From positions 1 to 64,000 of the IMG/VR virus record IMGVR_UViG_3300027746_000016: DNA of 64,000 nucleotides, one strand, 5' to 3'. How positions within the stretch are numbered: position 1 is the first letter of the stretch; each line of letters begins with the position of its first letter. Both the position numbers and the translations under genes were made by a program. Source of the DNA: a virus. Positions 57,981-64,000 of this stretch are shown piece after piece. The notes beneath the pieces are model-generated. The model was not told where the DNA came from. It saw only the letters and a list, made by a program, of their open reading frames with translations, and ran no database searches.

Positions 57981-60900
57981 TTAAAGAATATGAGGATACG
58001 AAGCCAGATTAATAGGTGGAATTCCTGGAAATATACCTGGAGACTTTGAACTGAATATTAAAGATCCAGTAGAGTTCATTGAAAATTTCCAAGCCAATTC
58101 ATCAAGAAAAATAGTAAATAATGGATTTTTATGAGTAAGTCTTTCCCATGGAGGAAGATCATCACTATTAAGGATTGGGTGAAATAGTCTAGCGGTCGCA
58201 ACTGAAGTAAATGTAATAGGCGGAGCCAGTGCACATAGACTAAGCGATGCAATCCAGGCAACTGGAGATAATGTCGGCTCTATCTCTTCCAGTGCAAGTA
58301 GAGCACCAAGTTTAATAATATTAGTTAAAAGTGGATTTGCAATCATTAGTTTAAGACCTGGTGGAATTTCAGAGTCAATTTTCATTATTGCAAGTTTTAT
58401 TAAGTTAATTTGAAGAATAGCAGCCTCTACTATATTATATGAAAATGTTTTTAATGCCTTTGCAATTGCAGCAATTGCGTCAACGATTGTTGCAATTGGA
58501 ATAAGAATATCTTCAAATACCAAAGTAATAAGTTCCCTAACTACTTCAATTAGGTCAGCCGCGGTTAATAGGTATAAGTATTGAGAAATATCTATTGGAA
58601 ATAATGGTAATTTAGGTAAACTAAACTTCTTACCAGTTTTTGAAATTACAGTTATAACGACAGTTTTAAGTATTGGATTTCCATTTGTATCTACTGCAAT
58701 CGTAGAATTTGAACCAGCTTCTCCAACTATTTCAAGAGAAACCGTTAAATCTTTTCCGCAGGCAGTAGTAAGAACCTTAGTTATTAATTTTTTATCTACA
58801 CTAGTGGTTGCAGTAATGGTTTGGGTTGAATTTGAACCTCCGCCTACCGTAAATGTATTAGCGGTTAAAGTAAGGGAACCTGATTCATTAGCATGTAATA
58901 ATAATTTTAAAATTGCTTCAATTAGAGCAGCCAATCCTAGTCCAATTAAAGCTTTTATTAATGGGTCTAATGGAATAACAATTGGAACAAGCGGAGGATG
59001 TAATGGATTTACTGATTTTAAAACAGACAATGATGTTACCATTGGTATTACTGATTGTGTAATATATTGTATAAAACCGGCAATATTAGGTAAAGGAATT
59101 GGCGGAATCATTAATATTAACTGCTCAATTATAATTGGAATAAGTGTACTAGCTAAATCATTTGGAATTTGAGAAAGTCCCAATAATTCCATAATACTTT
59201 CAGCCGTTAATGAATTTATTAATGCATTAAAAAGTTCGTAAATAAGAGCAAGAGCAATTGCTAAGTCTGGAGAAACACCTGGAAATAATTCAACCGGTTT
59301 AACTTCACAGCACTTTTTATTTAGGTCAAATATATTTATTGCAGGTATACTAAGTAGAGCAACCGCCGTTGCTGATAATATTTTTTTAATTGTTTCTTGT
59401 CTAGCGGCTTTAGCTCTAAGTATTTCAGCCTTTTCAGCTTCACTGACGTCCTCATCAGTATCATGGCCGACATTTTCTCCCTTTATATAGTCTAATATAC
59501 TTTTAAAAAAATCCTTTAATAAATCTTTAAAGTCTTTAATGCCTTGCTCAGTATTAAGATTAAATGATGGATATTTTTTTAATAACTCTTTTACTTTTTT
59601 TGTTTCTAAAATTATTGCAATTAATGTAATAATTTGTTCTTGTAGGGTTGATACCAGCGGTATAGCTGAACCCAATGCAATTAATTCAATAATATCTTCA
59701 ACACACTTAAGTACCTCAGGAAGACCTGGATTATGTTTAGATGCATCTTTTGGAAATTGTAAAATTCCAAATTTCATTTTTTTATCGTAAAAGCTGGTAA
59801 AATCCTCAATAGTTGCATCAATTTGTTCTGGAATAGTTAGTGGATTTGCATCACGAGCAGCCTTTCTATCTTTTCTCTTTTTTGCTAGGTCCGTTTCGTT
59901 AGAGGCATCATCTTCTTGCTCTGCCCTATTTTTCCTAACTTTATCTTTAAGCGCAGAAATTGCATTAATTGGTATATCACCAATTTTATTAAGTTGTTTA
60001 TTAATATTACTTTGAATCTTAACAATATCGTTAGTAAATTCGCCTCCGCCAGCTCCAAGTAGCATGGCTAACATCATTTCGGCTTCACTTAATTTATCTA
60101 AAAATGGAATTTTACCAGCGGCGATATCCTCAGCAATTTTGGCTAATCTAGCAGCCTTTTCAGCAGCGGCAACAACACTTAAAGGAGACATTAATGCGCC
60201 CTTTATTGGCTGACCTTTATATGGATTCTTTATATTTATTCCCAATGGGTTTTTGGAGTCTGGACCATTATCTAATTCATATCCAAGAACAAGTGGTTTA
60301 TTAGTGGCTGGGTCACTGTACAACCAGGTTGGATTGGTTGATACTGCTAAATATTTACGTCCATCTGGTCCAAAATACAAAACATATAAAGACGGTAAAG
60401 GAATTGGAAATGGAATTATTCTAATTTCATCATTGTTTATATCAAGTGTTACTGGATTTCCATTTATTACGGCAGTTATTGCATCTACTACTACTTTTTT
60501 GCAAGTAATTGGTAATCCTAGTATTATTACAATTGTACCTAATGGCGTAGGTATTGAAATTAATGGTTTATAGAATTGAGGTAATGGTAGTGTAAGTATA
60601 CCTACTCCAGGAATAGGTACAAATGTATTAATTGGATAATATCTAAATCCCGAATTTGCTGGAGGAGGTCCAGTTGTGTCTGGAAATGGAAGTATTGATA
60701 CTTTATTTAAACTTCTTGTAAATTCTTTCCAATAACATTGTGATGTAAAATCTGGAAGGCCTGAGTCATTTCCATCAACTGTTCTAATAATAAATGGATC
60801 CTTTCCTAATTTAAGTCTAGCAGCTACTTCACAATCGTCAGCCGGTTTTTCAATAGAAGCGGCTGCCTCTTTAAAACATGGAATTTCTAAAATTTTAGCA

Positions 60901-62945
60901 GTTAAAATGGTTGGGTCTAGAGAATTTTCCTTGATTATTAGCTGTAAATTTTCTAATTCAGTTGTGCAGTCGGTTAGTCTATTAGTAATTAATAAATTTG
61001 ATTGTAGATAGGCTTGATACACAGTAGACAGTGTAGGATCTGGATTATATGTAAATGTATTTTGTAAATTCTGTAAGTTATTATTTACAGAATAGGTAAC
61101 TGGCTTTGAAAATTTTATATACGAGTTAACTATTTTATTAAATAAAGTAGCAACTTCTCTGCGTGCAACAAGTTTAATATCATTAACTATATCATTAATT
61201 ACTGAAGGATATATTTCAGTACGCTCTGTATTAATTTTATCTGTAATATTTTTACCTAAGTCTTCATAAAATTTAGAATAGGTTTCTATATTTGAAATAT
61301 AATATGTTCTTTTATTTGATTCACTGTCATCATCAAGAGTATTATCAATTTTTTCAGTAATAATAGCAGCATCAGGTGTATCTTTTAAACTTGGATCAAT
61401 CAGAAAACGACTAAGACTAAGGCCTCTTTCCGCAAGGGTAAAGAAGTTATTAATTGGATTTGATAATTTATTATAGAGTCCACTATATGGATATGGGAAA
61501 TATCCATTATATAATAAACCAGGTATCTTAGAATAGTCAGCTCGACTTCTTCTACGTGGAAGATTATTGTAGTCGAAAAATGAGTCAAGATCTTCAGGCT
61601 CAGTTATCTCGGAGTCCTCTTCATCTTTACCAAATTTAGTAATTGTATAAACATCATCAAATATATTAGTAGTTAAATACGGGCTGTTTTTAATAGGAAT
61701 AATAGTGTCTGGAGTTATATCTATTACTGGATTGGTTAACTTACCTTCTGAGTCTTTCACATTTATATAGCCAACTGATCCATCTTCTAACTCAACTGGC
61801 AGTTTAATTCTTACAAAGTTACCATCAATAATTCTAGGAACTAATTTTAAATTAAGTATTGTAATATCACTAGGATTACTTGGAATAATTTGAGTTTTTA
61901 AGCCCACTGAAATTTGGCCAGATAGTTTTGAAAATAATTCAGAAATGTCATATGCAAGAGTCGATACGTTAGCAGCTTCGGTATTAAGCAAATCAATCCC
62001 GTTTAAAATTTGAGACTGGGCTACCAGTGCTTCATTTTGAAAATTTAGTTTTTCTTTATGTGCATGTGCTAAGTTTTTAAGTAGTGTAATCCATGTATTT
62101 AGCTCAGGCAATTCATCTCTAATATAGTTTACGTATTCAAAAGATTGAGTAAATATACGAGCTGCGTTAGTTATATTTAAATTTAATACAGTAGAATCAG
62201 CATTGGCATTTATATTATCTATGGTATCAAATAAGTTAAGAGTTGGTGAGTTTGCGTTTACTGGATCTAATTTACTAATTGCTAAATTAATATTAGCTTC
62301 AGTATTATTTTTAATAATTCGATAGGTATTAATAGCAGTAGCGTAAACAATAGTTGAGGGATATAAATTAGAAAACTGGGCAATTTTAGTAATAATAGCG
62401 GAAATAAAACCGTCTTGGTATCCTTTTGCCGCGTCGGTTGCTTGCTCCGCAACAGAATACAGTAAATAGGTATCTTTGCTACTTGGAATTTTTCCGGCAA
62501 TTGTGAGAGTAATTTGGTCAATTTCGGTTGACAGCCTATCAACTTCGTCTTCCCAATACCTATATTGAGAGGCAAGAGGTTCCGTTATATCAACTATTGA
62601 ATTAAAAAAATCAACCCTTTCTTGACTGTATATTTTAATAATATCAAGGTTATCAATAAGCTCTTCAACTTTAATCTTAACGATTGAGGCTTTTATACTG
62701 GTTGGAACTTTTGCAGTTTCAATTGCAATTATCTCTTTGATTTTTTCAGTAGCTTCTGGAATACAGCCAGTTTTAGAAAGTGTATCTTCAATTGTAACGG
62801 TTGGGTTAGTAATTAAAATATCAGGATCAGCAACCGTTTTGATACAGGCTTTTGCCTTGGCTAAATCAGCCTCAGTAAATATAATATTTGGGATAGCCTC
62901 ACATTTAACCTGATTAATTATGTCCTTAAATGTTAATTCTGACAT
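57981..62945 (-). CDS. 1654-aa hypothetical protein with Ile/Leu/Pro-rich hydrophobic C-terminal half
   Basis: Long uninterrupted ORF; no motif recognised. Confidence 0.8.
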   Translation of the reverse strand: MSELTFKDIINQVKCEAIPNIIFTEADLAKAKACIKTVADPDILITNPTVTIEDTLSKTGCIPEATEKIKEIIAIETAKVPTSIKASIVKIKVEELIDNLDIIKIYSQERVDFFNSIVDITEPLASQYRYWEDEVDRLSTEIDQITLTIAGKIPSSKDTYLLYSVAEQATDAAKGYQDGFISAIITKIAQFSNLYPSTIVYATAINTYRIIKNNTEANINLAISKLDPVNANSPTLNLFDTIDNINANADSTVLNLNITNAARIFTQSFEYVNYIRDELPELNTWITLLKNLAHAHKEKLNFQNEALVAQSQILNGIDLLNTEAANVSTLAYDISELFSKLSGQISVGLKTQIIPSNPSDITILNLKLVPRIIDGNFVRIKLPVELEDGSVGYINVKDSEGKLTNPVIDITPDTIIPIKNSPYLTTNIFDDVYTITKFGKDEEDSEITEPEDLDSFFDYNNLPRRRSRADYSKIPGLLYNGYFPYPYSGLYNKLSNPINNFFTLAERGLSLSRFLIDPSLKDTPDAAIITEKIDNTLDDDSESNKRTYYISNIETYSKFYEDLGKNITDKINTERTEIYPSVINDIVNDIKLVARREVATLFNKIVNSYIKFSKPVTYSVNNNLQNLQNTFTYNPDPTLSTVYQAYLQSNLLITNRLTDCTTELENLQLIIKENSLDPTILTAKILEIPCFKEAAASIEKPADDCEVAARLKLGKDPFIIRTVDGNDSGLPDFTSQCYWKEFTRSLNKVSILPFPDTTGPPPANSGFRYYPINTFVPIPGVGILTLPLPQFYKPLISIPTPLGTIVIILGLPITCKKVVVDAITAVINGNPVTLDINNDEIRIIPFPIPLPSLYVLYFGPDGRKYLAVSTNPTWLYSDPATNKPLVLGYELDNGPDSKNPLGINIKNPYKGQPIKGALMSPLSVVAAAEKAARLAKIAEDIAAGKIPFLDKLSEAEMMLAMLLGAGGGEFTNDIVKIQSNINKQLNKIGDIPINAISALKDKVRKNRAEQEDDASNETDLAKKRKDRKAARDANPLTIPEQIDATIEDFTSFYDKKMKFGILQFPKDASKHNPGLPEVLKCVEDIIELIALGSAIPLVSTLQEQIITLIAIILETKKVKELLKKYPSFNLNTEQGIKDFKDLLKDFFKSILDYIKGENVGHDTDEDVSEAEKAEILRAKAARQETIKKILSATAVALLSIPAINIFDLNKKCCEVKPVELFPGVSPDLAIALALIYELFNALINSLTAESIMELLGLSQIPNDLASTLIPIIIEQLILMIPPIPLPNIAGFIQYITQSVIPMVTSLSVLKSVNPLHPPLVPIVIPLDPLIKALIGLGLAALIEAILKLLLHANESGSLTLTANTFTVGGGSNSTQTITATTSVDKKLITKVLTTACGKDLTVSLEIVGEAGSNSTIAVDTNGNPILKTVVITVISKTGKKFSLPKLPLFPIDISQYLYLLTAADLIEVVRELITLVFEDILIPIATIVDAIAAIAKALKTFSYNIVEAAILQINLIKLAIMKIDSEIPPGLKLMIANPLLTNIIKLGALLALEEIEPTLSPVAWIASLSLCALAPPITFTSVATARLFHPILNSDDLPPWERLTHKNPLFTIFLDELAWKFSMNSTGSLIFSSKSPGIFPGIPPINLASYPHIL

Positions 62946-62997
62946 TAACTATGAATAGTTATTTTATTTTATCTATAGTCATTTATTAAAAAGTAAA

Positions 62998-63025
62998 TGC
63001 CTGAACAGATTACTCCGGTCAGGCA
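62998..63025 (-). terminator. probable terminator after groEL
   Basis: TGCCTGA...TCAGGCA stem followed by TTTACTTTT on the minus strand. Confidence 0.6.
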
Positions 63026-63057
63026 AGACTCGTCGATGGCTATGGACTATTATATAA

Positions 63058-63999
63058 TTAGTGGTTTACTTTGGGTTTTTCCACCATTAGACAATCTGTT
63101 GTTAATAAAAGCGCTGCAATTGAAACTGCATTTTCCAGTGCAGTTTTAGTTACTTTAACTGGATCAATAATTCCAGCCTCTATCATATCTACGTATTCTT
63201 CAGTTTTAACATTGAAACCAGGTTTACCGGCTAAGATATTATTCCAAACAACATCTGCACTGAGTCCAGCGTTTTCTAAAATAATACGAAATGGTTGTTG
63301 ACAGGCTTTTTTAAGTAAGTCTACTCCTAATTGTTGATCACGAGTTGGCATAACTAAATTTATTGAGGATGCAGTGAGAGCGAGAGTTATTCCACCGCCT
63401 GGGATAATACCCTCTGCGACAGCGGCTCTTGTTGCTCCCAATGCATCGTCAATTCTGTCAGATTTTTCACGAGCTTCAATTTCAGAAGTTGCTCCAATTT
63501 TTATAATTGCAACACCACCTTCAAATTTAGAAAGTCTCTCCTTTAAAATCATTTTTTGAGAGTCTCCAGCATTTTCAATTTGTTCTTTTAATGAACCAGT
63601 TAAGGCTTCAATTTGGTCAGATTTTCCGTGTCCTCCAATTATCATGGTGGTGTCATTTGTTATTACAATATGATCACAGCTACCTACATAGTTAGCCGCA
63701 ATTGAATCTTTTAAGGTTTCACCGTCTAATTCAGAAACAGTTGTGCCACCAGTTAGGGTAGCAATATCGTCTAGTCTCAGTCGCCTCTGTTCTCCAAAGC
63801 CAGGAGCTCGGATTGCAGCAACTCGTAGGGTACCTTTTAATTTATTAACAAGTAGAGTATTTAAGGCTTCACCTTCTACGCCGTCACTGATAATTAATAA
63901 TGGACGAGCCTGTTTATTTGAGAACTCTAAATATTGTAACATGTCAGTTAAGTTACTTATTTTACCATCATATAATAAAATTAATGGTTTTTCAAACTC
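63058..63999 (-). CDS. groL: chaperonin GroEL, 5'-partial
   Basis: The frame is open to the window edge. APGFGE.R, GGVAIIKIGA.SE.E, EGIIPGGG, GIIDPVKV..ALENA. Confidence 0.95.
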   Translation of the reverse strand, partial: EFEKPLILLYDGKISNLTDMLQYLEFSNKQARPLLIISDGVEGEALNTLLVNKLKGTLRVAAIRAPGFGEQRRLRLDDIATLTGGTTVSELDGETLKDSIAANYVGSCDHIVITNDTTMIIGGHGKSDQIEALTGSLKEQIENAGDSQKMILKERLSKFEGGVAIIKIGATSEIEAREKSDRIDDALGATRAAVAEGIIPGGGITLALTASSINLVMPTRDQQLGVDLLKKACQQPFRIILENAGLSADVVWNNILAGKPGFNVKTEEYVDMIEAGIIDPVKVTKTALENAVSIAALLLTTDCLMVEKPKVNH

Positions 64000-64000
64000 A

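Noticed and set aside
1508-63559. Short alternative-frame and antisense ORFs in the track (e.g. 1508-1768, 2901-3143, 6260-6535, 9986-10324, 13663-13845, 26861-27172, 54016-54283, 58804-60573, 63071-63559)
   Set aside because: They lie within or opposite well-supported genes and have no motifs; they are shadow ORFs.
1-64000. Genome-wide TAG-to-Gln recoding (genetic code 15), as in Lak-type phages
   Set aside because: Genes of 1000-1650 aa are intact under code 11. TAG ends gp47 (38259) and dUTPase (45808) at their expected C-termini. Only one internal TAG was seen.
1-64000. Bacterial chromosome or eukaryotic giant virus origin
   Set aside because: T4-like capsid, protease, sheath, tube, gp5, gp32, gp41, gp46/47, late promoters and intrinsic terminators indicate a tailed jumbo phage.

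Overview
This is an AT-rich 64-kb segment of a large T4-like (myovirus-type) jumbo phage genome. A Bacteroidota host is inferred from the absence of Shine-Dalgarno sites, the A-rich leaders, and the Hc1-like and S1-like genes. Layout: (i) 1-11.6 kb, probable head-packaged proteins, including a 1013-aa ligase/HxGH-nucleotidyltransferase/PD-(D/E)xK fusion and an ADP-ribosyltransferase-like protein. (ii) 11.6-18.2 kb, a baseplate module; one gene is interrupted by a single in-frame TAG. (iii) 18.2-26.2 kb, a 10-gene glycosyltransferase/methyltransferase/acetyltransferase operon on the minus strand; an 18-bp perfect inverted repeat brackets its divergent promoter region. (iv) 26.3-34.3 kb, dnaJ, a protease-scaffold fusion, major capsid and tail tube. 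(v) 34.3-46.3 kb, replication and nucleotide genes: dCMP deaminase, a thymidylate-synthase homologue with the cytosine-specifying Asp, gp46/47, a SET-like protein, helicase, UvsX, the N-terminal half of a split PolB, and dUTPase. (vi) 46.4-49.5 kb, tail sheath. (vii) 49.6-64 kb, nucleotidase, GroES, RNase H, SSB, Hc1, class II RNR, S1, a 1654-aa unknown protein and GroEL. Two recurrent promoter motifs are visible: late-type ATAAATAA and AAACC-N13/14-TAGTATAAT. I found no tRNA, rRNA, CRISPR array or transposase. All functional calls come from recognising motifs by eye, not from database searches.
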